Source of the DNA: a virus
Taxonomy: Duplodnaviria; Heunggongvirae; Uroviricota; Caudoviricetes
DNA length: 64,000 nt
Strand: one strand, 5' to 3'
IMG/VR virus record: IMGVR_UViG_3300003324_000363
Location: 17,571-81,570 of that record
Shown here: piece by piece, positions 35,318 through 42,691 of the stretch
Layout: the number at the start of each line of letters is the position of its first letter
Position numbering within the stretch: position 1 is the stretch's first letter
Made by a program: the position numbers and the translations under genes
The notes under the pieces: model-generated
Told to the model about the DNA's origin: nothing
What the model saw: only the letters and a program-made list of their open reading frames with translations
Databases searched by the model: none

Positions 35318-35709
35318 TGAAATTCAATCTCCTCAATCACACCTTCATCGTCAGAAGCAGTCTCTTGTTTTGCTGATTTGTTAACGAGCCATTCTGTTGG
35401 TAGTCTTCCTGTCATAAGTCCATATTTTTCCCATAGTTGTGAATCACGAAAATCATCTTGTGCCTTAGCTTGTGTTGTTGTATGCCCTACATTGCCATCA
35501 ACTTCTAGCACTAATGTGCTATCAGCTTTCACTGCCAGCACATCAGCAATATATTCAATTTTTTGTACCGTTGGAAAAACATCAGGTACTTCAATTGCCG
35601 GCAGTTTGAATTCTAAAGATACAGACCAGCCTTTTTGCTCTAGAATATTTTTCAGTCGTAGTTTTCCAGTTAAGTGTTGGACACTTTCGCCACCATTGCC
35701 TCCTGCCAT
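35281..35709 (-). CDS. DUF559/Vsr-like PD-(D/E)xK endonuclease-domain protein
   Basis: IADVLAVKADSTLVLEVDGNVGHTT...DDFRD matches the DUF559 core (DF...LVIEVDG..H...D..R). Confidence 0.45.
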   Translation of the reverse strand: MAGGNGGESVQHLTGKLRLKNILEQKGWSVSLEFKLPAIEVPDVFPTVQKIEYIADVLAVKADSTLVLEVDGNVGHTTTQAKAQDDFRDSQLWEKYGLMTGRLPTEWLVNKSAKQETASDDEGVIEEIEFQCKKKYNRAIKI

Positions 35710-35761
35710 CCCACCGTCTTTCAGGAGAAAGCCAAGCTATAAATGTTACTATAGATTTTTA

Positions 35762-36025
35762 CTATACAGTTTTTGTATTAGCATCACTATATGAAACTAT
35801 AAAGCCATCACGTATTACAAGTTTGATCTTGTCTGTCTTTCTTGATAGCAAAAACAATTGTATGAAAGGTGTCAACTTGTTATCGAGAATAGCTTCATTT
35901 GTGGTTGTTGATAGATTGCTTGCAGCCACTGGCTTTAGCAAATCTTGCTTTTCAATAATTTCTTTAAGTTCGGCAATCTCTTCTAACAAGTCTTGACGAC
36001 TTCTCACATCATACGTTTCTGCCAT
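35762..36025 (-). CDS. Hypothetical protein. The track start is GTG, so I adjusted to the ATG (MAETYDV...).
   Basis: ORF. A 23-nt AT motif lies upstream. Confidence 0.35.
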   Translation of the reverse strand: MAETYDVRSRQDLLEEIAELKEIIEKQDLLKPVAASNLSTTTNEAILDNKLTPFIQLFLLSRKTDKIKLVIRDGFIVSYSDANTKTV

Positions 36026-36213
36026 AGATAGACCAATCCAGCTGGCAACTAATATACCCACTGTTACCCTAAAATTTTATATAAAATATCTTATATAAAA
36101 AATTATATATAGGATATTTGCATTGGTCTTTAGGAATAGTAATGAAGAAGCACATTGCCATTCCTGACATCCCAACCAGAGGTGTGGGATATTACTCCTG
36201 CACCTTTGGGTCT

Positions 36214-37026
36214 TTATCTCACGTTTAGCAGAATTTCATTCTCTCTACGTTTGTTGATACGGATTGCACTGCCCCACTTGCTTTGCAATCGTTTTATGCT
36301 TTCCTGCTCAATTTTAGCTGTTCTGTATTGCACAACTCCACCTTTGTTTGTATAATGTGCAAATTCAGCAAAAATATCATTGTTTCGTAATACTCCACCA
36401 TATTTTTGGATATGCTGTAGTGTATAATCATAGTCTTCCTTTGTCTTAAATTCTTCATCAAAGTAAAGTTCATTTGGCAACACCATTATGAAACTAGCTA
36501 TTATGAAGCTGGCAGTGTTGATTAGCTTTTTTGGATCAAAATAAAACAAATTTGTTGTAGGTGCAACACCTGCTAGCTTTATCATATTTTTCGTGTCTTT
36601 CAAACGAGTTCTCATCAATTCTACTGTAGATGCAAATGTTATGTCACATGTTGATTTTGTCAGTGTTTGTCCTTTTCCTAATGCTTCTGATGGTGCATCA
36701 AGCACTGTTGCAAGCTTTAGCTTTTTCAAGTCATCGTCAAGCATAACACATGGTATGTTTAATTTCCAAGCATCCTTTAATGCTTCATTTCTGCTATGGC
36801 ATAGCCCACTTGCAATCTTTATTTCTACATTTTCCAAATCATGCTTTGTGACTTCTGTTGTATAATCTCGAAGGTCTTGCTCATCAGCTACATACCATGT
36901 TGCACCACCATCTATTTTTTCATACATGTCTGCAACATTTTGAGGTCTTCTGTGGCTGACAATTGCTACAAAAGCATCTACATCTTTTCTATGCGTCATC
37001 TTCCTTTTCCTTTGTTCTGTCCTCAA
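36214..37026 (-). CDS. GT-A-fold glycosyltransferase-like protein, a candidate DNA glycosyltransferase
   Basis: An N-terminal beta-strand FVAIVSHRRPQN and a DxD motif CVMLDDD about 95 aa in. This layout is typical of GT2/GT-A enzymes. It sits next to a 2OG-Fe(II) dioxygenase. Confidence 0.45.
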   Translation of the reverse strand: MRTEQRKRKMTHRKDVDAFVAIVSHRRPQNVADMYEKIDGGATWYVADEQDLRDYTTEVTKHDLENVEIKIASGLCHSRNEALKDAWKLNIPCVMLDDDLKKLKLATVLDAPSEALGKGQTLTKSTCDITFASTVELMRTRLKDTKNMIKLAGVAPTTNLFYFDPKKLINTASFIIASFIMVLPNELYFDEEFKTKEDYDYTLQHIQKYGGVLRNNDIFAEFAHYTNKGGVVQYRTAKIEQESIKRLQSKWGSAIRINKRRENEILLNVR

Positions 37027-37969
37027 CTACTTCTTGGTTTATGGCACTTTCATATGGTATAACTTCACCTGCATCTAATCTACGTTTGACATTTTCCCCA
37101 ACTTTTCCAAACATTTTCATGACTTCTGGATTGTGTATGCCTCCCATTTTTGTAAGCTGCAATCTACGTTGTTCACGTTCTGTCTTTCGTTTTCTTATAC
37201 GTATGATTTCTTCATTGACTGTTTGGCATTTCCACATTTGTTTCAATGTATAGTAAACTATGGTGAATCTATAACCTTCTTTGCTAACTATTTTGAAAGG
37301 TGTGACACCATGCAGTATCTTTTGCCCATCAAAAAATAGCAAGCTGTGGTCAGCTATTTCCAATCCTATGTCATATGATGGTATAGAAAGATGCCCTCCC
37401 TTGCAATCTTTCTTGAATGCTACCATGTTGCTGTAAACATCATCAAAATTGCCAGCATCAAAGTGATACTTTAATGGGTTGTTCTTGTTAATGATTCCAG
37501 AAGTAAATGGTGTGCCTTCTATCACCCAATCTTTCTTTACTTTTTCATTTACAATGTCTTCATGTACTTTGAATATTTCTGGAGCATGAACCTTATACAA
37601 CTCTGTGCAAACCTTGCCAAATTCACATACTTCTGTATGAGTTTTTGGGTCTTCTCTTGCCAAGCTTACTGCACTGCAATAGTCTTTACGAATTGTTTCT
37701 CTAGGCATATAACCAAATATTCTGCTTGTTGTCCTAAGTCCCTGTGTTCTAAAATTGTAGCTGTATTTTATTTTAGCAATGTCTTCAACAAGTTCATGAT
37801 GGCTATCTGGCAAATTCAGATAGATTGCAATAAGTCTATCACCATCATAGATTTTGCATGGATAGTCTATGAATTGATGGTAGTCCTCATCAAGTGCCGT
37901 CCGTTTCTTATATTTAGCTAAATCTATTTCTCTATCTGTTACCCGTACTGTTTCAACCGTGTTGCTCAT
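36989..37969 (-). CDS. 2OG-Fe(II) dioxygenase-superfamily protein, possibly TET/JBP-like nucleic-acid base oxygenase
   Basis: HxD at KYHFDAGNF, a second His in ILHGVTP about 50 aa later, and an Arg in GYRFTIVYY about 10 aa after that. This is the spacing of the double-stranded beta-helix iron site. The DNA-modification context fits. Confidence 0.5.
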   Translation of the reverse strand: MSNTVETVRVTDREIDLAKYKKRTALDEDYHQFIDYPCKIYDGDRLIAIYLNLPDSHHELVEDIAKIKYSYNFRTQGLRTTSRIFGYMPRETIRKDYCSAVSLAREDPKTHTEVCEFGKVCTELYKVHAPEIFKVHEDIVNEKVKKDWVIEGTPFTSGIINKNNPLKYHFDAGNFDDVYSNMVAFKKDCKGGHLSIPSYDIGLEIADHSLLFFDGQKILHGVTPFKIVSKEGYRFTIVYYTLKQMWKCQTVNEEIIRIRKRKTEREQRRLQLTKMGGIHNPEVMKMFGKVGENVKRRLDAGEVIPYESAINQEVVEDRTKEKEDDA

Positions 37970-38591
37970 ATTTGTTCATCAGAAACAATACAGCATCTGT
38001 ATTTGACTCTAGTTTATTTTCTGCCATTATCTTTTCAAACTTTGTAAGCACTTCTTCATATTGCTCTGGCGTAAAATATAGGGTTATCTGTCTAACTGTC
38101 CCATGCAGATATGTATTCAATCTTGATTCTAATGGCGATGGATCTTTTGTAATCAGATTAGGAGAATCGGCATTGCCCATAAGAGCACGCATTGTTTCAA
38201 GTTCTGATTCATTTATACCAAGCAATGATTCCAATCTTGCAGCATCATTTTGCATGATAAGCTCCAACTCAGCAACATCCTTGTCAAGCTGGTGCTCACC
38301 ACGTAGCTTATTCATAGCCTGTCTTATGATTCTACGTTCAATATCATTTTGCACTTCGACTCTAACAACAGGTATGTTAGTTTCACCTTGTGCTTTCATA
38401 ATTAAAAATCTATGCTCACCATCAACAATAACATCATTCTGGTCAATAATTACTGGTTGTAAATAACCAAACTGTCTAATTGATTCTGCCAGTCCAGACA
38501 TCTGCTTGTCATTAAGCTGGTTTGGGTTGTCAGGGTCTAACTTTATGGTATTAACATCAACAATGTCAGTTTTATGGAATTTTATAGCCAT
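37953..38591 (-). CDS. ParB-like nuclease (ParB N-terminal/sulfiredoxin-fold) domain protein
   Basis: LQPVIIDQNDVIVDGEHRF matches the ParB box (L.P..V....ILIDGHHR). Confidence 0.55.
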   Translation of the reverse strand: MAIKFHKTDIVDVNTIKLDPDNPNQLNDKQMSGLAESIRQFGYLQPVIIDQNDVIVDGEHRFLIMKAQGETNIPVVRVEVQNDIERRIIRQAMNKLRGEHQLDKDVAELELIMQNDAARLESLLGINESELETMRALMGNADSPNLITKDPSPLESRLNTYLHGTVRQITLYFTPEQYEEVLTKFEKIMAENKLESNTDAVLFLMNKYEQHG

Positions 38592-38621
38592 CTGCTGATG
38601 GATGCTACAGAGAAGCTGTTA

Positions 38622-38924
38622 TTAAGGCTTGTGAAATACAGTTTCTTGCTCTGCAATTGAATTCAATGTTTCAATTGCCTCTACACCATAGTCTGTTATT
38701 CTCCAGACACCATCAACACATGTAGCCATTTTTTGAGATTTAGCATATTTCAAATATTCTTTGATTTGAGGATGACTTAAACGGGCAGCAAACATGATGT
38801 TTGTCATAAGTATGCCGTTAGCTCCAGAGTTTTTGATATGTTGCAGTACATCACGTAATATTACGTGTCTGCTTCTATATTTTTTCCCCTTATTATTTCT
38901 ACCAATAGATTTAGCATCTGCCAC
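38622..38924 (-). CDS. Winged-helix DNA-binding protein, 100 aa
   Basis: Basic N-terminus, then a recognition-helix-like segment and a wing. Confidence 0.4.
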   Translation of the reverse strand: MADAKSIGRNNKGKKYRSRHVILRDVLQHIKNSGANGILMTNIMFAARLSHPQIKEYLKYAKSQKMATCVDGVWRITDYGVEAIETLNSIAEQETVFHKP

Positions 38925-38981
38925 ATGTTTCCCTACTTTAAAAGTCAGTTAACAAGTAATTAAATATATTTATATAAAATA

Positions 38982-39016
38982 GCTTGTCCGTTATTGCTTC
39001 TAACTAACGGACAAGC
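38982..39016. promoter_or_regulatory. Perfect 12-bp inverted repeat GCTTGTCCGTTA-(11 nt)-TAACGGACAAGC. Candidate operator or terminator between two winged-helix genes.
   Basis: Seen directly. A TATA-like TTTATATAAAATA lies at 38969-38981. Confidence 0.45.
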
Positions 39017-39102
39017 TACACATCACGTCAACAGGTCAGACTGAGAGCCGTGCGTTCCACCGCCAAGAAGCAATAGATAAACTGATTCACTAAAATAAAA
39101 AG

Positions 39103-39381
39103 TTATGGGGACAAATGTATGTTAATTTTTGCCTTCCCATGTGATGTTAGTATGTAAACTGCCTTTATTCTTTCATCTTTGCCTCTTGATGTTACATTTC
39201 TTGGTGGTGGAGCTGCCATGACAGCATTTTCATTGATTAGCTGTTCCAATACTTGTTTTGCTTTTGGCTCGCCAAGTCTAGCTTTCAACATTATGTGGTT
39301 CATATTTACTGCGTCATAGCCTATTGCCGATAAAACAGCAGACACGATTGTTTCAGAATCACGCTTCTTGACCTTTGACAT
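39103..39381 (-). CDS. Winged-helix DNA-binding protein, 92 aa
   Basis: Helix-turn-helix-like ETIVSAVLSAIGYDAVNMNHIMLKARLG. Confidence 0.4.
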   Translation of the reverse strand: MSKVKKRDSETIVSAVLSAIGYDAVNMNHIMLKARLGEPKAKQVLEQLINENAVMAAPPPRNVTSRGKDERIKAVYILTSHGKAKINIHLSP

Positions 39382-39682
39382 CCCTGTGCTCCCTCTGCAT
39401 AATCAAACTTTGTACCATGCCTTGTATTCTGTCCATGACTCCTTCCTCATACATGATTGCTGCTAGAATGTGTTTGCATCTGTAGCCTTCCTTCATTGCC
39501 CGGTACACAAAATCAGGACATGTGCACCCAGCTTTAAACTTGTCCTTGCCATCAACCATTACATCGTAGCCACGTATTTTGTAAAAGCCAGTTATTTTCT
39601 CGTTTGGAAAAACTGCACCCTGATAGTACAGTTCGTTTGCTTTTTCTAGTCTATCCCCTCGTTCTTCCCATGCAACTTGCAT
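39359..39682 (-). CDS. SWIM zinc-finger protein
   Basis: CTCPDF...YRCKHILAA is the SWIM CxCxnCxH signature. Confidence 0.55.
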   Translation of the reverse strand: MQVAWEERGDRLEKANELYYQGAVFPNEKITGFYKIRGYDVMVDGKDKFKAGCTCPDFVYRAMKEGYRCKHILAAIMYEEGVMDRIQGMVQSLIMQREHRDVKGQEA

Positions 39683-39771
39683 TTTGACATCCCATATCCA
39701 TTTTTCAGTAGTAAGAGTATTATATAAATATATTTTAGTTAATTCATATTAAGTTTTATATAAAATAGTTT

Positions 39772-41589
39772 TTAGCTCCAGAAATTGAGTGTAAGTTGAC
39801 CACGTGTTATGGCTCGTATATCCTTTCCCAGCAACTGGAGAATATCGCCAAATGCAGATTCAAATGTCTTCTCATACTCTTTTTTGTCCAAGTCATTAAA
39901 GCTGTTTACTTTAATTGCTACACCATTGTGGGTTTTCCAGTAATATACAACATCACCGGCACTGGCGTTTGCCATCTGCCCTAGCTTTTTGTTTTGGTTC
40001 TCACTTTCATAATCTTCCCAATTTCTTGTAAGCTTGGTTGAATAGAATAGCTGGTTCAAGCTTACATTTCCTGCTCTAAATTCATCGTATGTTGCCTGTA
40101 ACAGTGTTGATGGGTCTAAGCCATTTGCATAGTCACGTGTAAATTGAGCAAATGCTTCATTAATCCATTTTGGTCTATCGTTCTTTTCTGCCTCTATGCC
40201 AGCTACAACAATATCACCATCTTCTTTCACCCCTATGTAGTGTTTTTTGCCTGTAATCATAAATCTTGCATAAGTTTTGTCATGCTCCAATTCCAAGCCT
40301 AGTTTTGCCTTTACATCTTCGATTATCTTACGTGCAGTTTCAGCATCAGAATTAGGGAACATGATAGAATCAGTGTCGCCATATATTACAGTGCAGCCAT
40401 GTGTTTTTGCTATTTCAATAATCTGCATGATATAGTGGCGTTCAAATGCTATTATACTGTCATAACATCTTACATCTGAATATTCATAGTATGGATTGTT
40501 GAATAAACCTGTTTTTGCATTCATTACAATTTTCAAACCATCTGCCATGACTTTATTGCCATTCCTTTTATGCACCATTCTTTCCTCACGCATTTCTGTA
40601 AACTTGGTAGTTACTGCACCTTTCTTCTGTTTGCATGACCATAGCAATGGTTTGTTTGGTACTTTTGAAGATTCTAAATCCCTGCAACATTCACAGCACA
40701 TTGCATCTGGGCTTATGTTATGCTTTATGATTATTGATGGATACAAGCTTGCAACGTCAAGCACTACAACATTTCTATAGTCACCAACAACTGGCTCTAG
40801 CACTATCGGCCCTTGTCGTTTCTTACGTTTTCCATGAGCTGCATCATTTGGCATTTCTGGTCTAAATTCAATAGGTGTTTCTGGCATTTTCATGTCACGC
40901 AGTATCTTTCGCCAGATTGAAGACATGCCAAAGTTACATATGGTTTGAATTGGAAGTCCTGTTTTATCTGCTAAAGCATACATTAATTTCATTAACCCAT
41001 AGTCACGTTTTGGCATCTTTGTTTTCTTGTCTATATCGCCAACCTGTGCCAGCTTGAATGTTAGTCTAGCATCGTTTAGACAGTATTCTTTCTGCTTTTC
41101 AACGGTCATTGATTCGGCAGTTGAACCTGTAATGCCTTCTGTCTTACCTTCACCTAGCAATGCTTTAGCTACACTTTGCAGTTTTTGATCTTTGTATCTC
41201 TTTTTGAAAATATAGTTTCTTACTACACCTTTATCAAATATCATAAACAGGTCAATATGTGTTCTTCCATGTACTGGCTCTGGAAGCATACGTTGTATCT
41301 TTCTAGGATTCACTATTGAACTTAGGTGATATTTTTGACACCTTTGGTGTAGCACATCAAAGTCTGACCCTTCACCAGTTGTATAGTAGCCAATGGTTAA
41401 TGGGTACTTCATTATTTTCTTGTTTATCTTTTCTAATAGTTCCTCTTCATCTGGGAAATCATCTAGATGGTAAACATCTTCATTGCCCATGTCGTCAACA
41501 AAAGCAGCACAATACAACTCCCCTGTTTTCTTCCATTCAAAGTCGAAAGCTGCATAGTTTTCAAAATTGTTAAAGCTAGACATTATCAT
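39772..41589 (-). CDS. polB: Family-B DNA polymerase. Start adjusted to MIMSSF... (the track start is 41715).
   Basis: Exo I FDFEW, Exo II YYTTGEGSDFDVL, Exo III YCLNDARL, motif A LDVASLYPSII, motif B KIVMNAKTG and motif C YGDTDS are all present. Confidence 0.9.
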   Translation of the reverse strand: MIMSSFNNFENYAAFDFEWKKTGELYCAAFVDDMGNEDVYHLDDFPDEEELLEKINKKIMKYPLTIGYYTTGEGSDFDVLHQRCQKYHLSSIVNPRKIQRMLPEPVHGRTHIDLFMIFDKGVVRNYIFKKRYKDQKLQSVAKALLGEGKTEGITGSTAESMTVEKQKEYCLNDARLTFKLAQVGDIDKKTKMPKRDYGLMKLMYALADKTGLPIQTICNFGMSSIWRKILRDMKMPETPIEFRPEMPNDAAHGKRKKRQGPIVLEPVVGDYRNVVVLDVASLYPSIIIKHNISPDAMCCECCRDLESSKVPNKPLLWSCKQKKGAVTTKFTEMREERMVHKRNGNKVMADGLKIVMNAKTGLFNNPYYEYSDVRCYDSIIAFERHYIMQIIEIAKTHGCTVIYGDTDSIMFPNSDAETARKIIEDVKAKLGLELEHDKTYARFMITGKKHYIGVKEDGDIVVAGIEAEKNDRPKWINEAFAQFTRDYANGLDPSTLLQATYDEFRAGNVSLNQLFYSTKLTRNWEDYESENQNKKLGQMANASAGDVVYYWKTHNGVAIKVNSFNDLDKKEYEKTFESAFGDILQLLGKDIRAITRGQLTLNFWS

Positions 41590-42691
41590 GCTCCTCCTGT
41601 TGGGATTTTCTGCCATATGCCAATGGATTTCTGATGCCTGCACAACCACTGTCTTCAAAGCACCATCCCAAGTTCTTGAGCTTGTCACAATTATTTGGAC
41701 TGTAGCCTTTATCAACTATAAAGTTTACCTGATAGTTTGTAACTGATTCCTTGTAATCAGGTGCATTCTTGAACATGTCGGCTATTTCATCAGCCGGCTT
41801 GCCTAGTTTGTTCATGTAGCTAACAAACAATATTCTTGCTGTATGTGGCACATTTTCACCTTTGCTAAATAAGTCCAGCACATGTTGGATGCATGGAGGA
41901 TATTTTTGTGGTACAAAGCTAGCTGTGCTAAACTGTATATTGTATTGCTCACTCAATAATTCAGCAGATTCAATTATTTGAAATGGCATCTTATTCATGG
42001 GCAATTGTAAGGAAGCAATACGGTTTACAAGCAGTTCTTCAATTTCATCTCTTGCAAAACGGATCAGCTCCTTTTCTGATAGTGAAACATAACCACCATG
42101 GACAACCTGATTTACTAGCTTCCAGTCCTTGCTATGGAATTTTACTGACCTTTTCAAGTATTCTGGAACACGTAGCAGGTATGCTAGTTTTGGCTGCCAT
42201 TCTTCACCATGTCTCAGTGCATTTTTCTTTTCAAATTCAATGATGTTTTTACAGTTCTCACAGTCATCAAAAATAGGTCGATGCTCTACTGCCATCTTTA
42301 AATCACGTCTTAGAATTTGTAATACAAACTCATGCATTGCTTTATCTCTAAGTTTAATGTGCTCTGTCAAGCTATCCAGTAAAAACTGCTCTGTTCGTTT
42401 GGCTATTGAAAGTGCAATCTTATGATAGAGTTTTGGATTGTTTGTTAATTTGCAAATTGATAGGATTATAATGTAAAGTTGCGCCTCTGTTTTTACATTT
42501 TCCAAGTTAGTATTGAATTCACTCTTTAGAGCAATATTGATTCGTGACATGGCTTTCTCTACCAGTGTTTCAATATTGGCAGCCTGCATTGTTTCCTCAA
42601 AAAATGAGTTTGGACTAGCAGGTTTTGCATCAGCTAGCCATGGGTATTTGGCTAGATCGTTTCCACCTGCTTCTATTATGCCAGTTTCCAT
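41576..42691 (-). CDS. priL: Archaeo-eukaryotic primase large subunit (PriL) with a C-terminal 4Fe-4S domain
   Basis: The C-terminal block YPPCIQHVL...KGYSPNNCDKL...WCFEDSGCAG parallels the eukaryotic/archaeal PriL FPPCM...KGYSY...C.K...GC iron-sulfur domain. Confidence 0.6.
   Translation of the reverse strand: METGIIEAGGNDLAKYPWLADAKPASPNSFFEETMQAANIETLVEKAMSRINIALKSEFNTNLENVKTEAQLYIIILSICKLTNNPKLYHKIALSIAKRTEQFLLDSLTEHIKLRDKAMHEFVLQILRRDLKMAVEHRPIFDDCENCKNIIEFEKKNALRHGEEWQPKLAYLLRVPEYLKRSVKFHSKDWKLVNQVVHGGYVSLSEKELIRFARDEIEELLVNRIASLQLPMNKMPFQIIESAELLSEQYNIQFSTASFVPQKYPPCIQHVLDLFSKGENVPHTARILFVSYMNKLGKPADEIADMFKNAPDYKESVTNYQVNFIVDKGYSPNNCDKLKNLGWCFEDSGCAGIRNPLAYGRKSQQEEHDNV

Noticed and set aside
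38985-39100. GC-rich island between two winged-helix genes, considered as a tRNA
   Set aside because: I could not fold it on either strand into a cloverleaf with a 7-bp acceptor stem and a T-arm GTTC-like loop. It is more likely a UTR or operator region.
41576-42691. Alternative reading of the PriL ORF as a PriS-like catalytic subunit or a fusion
   Set aside because: No AEP catalytic motifs (DxD, SGxRG-H, hD..R) were found. Only the PriL-type C-terminal iron-sulfur signature is present.
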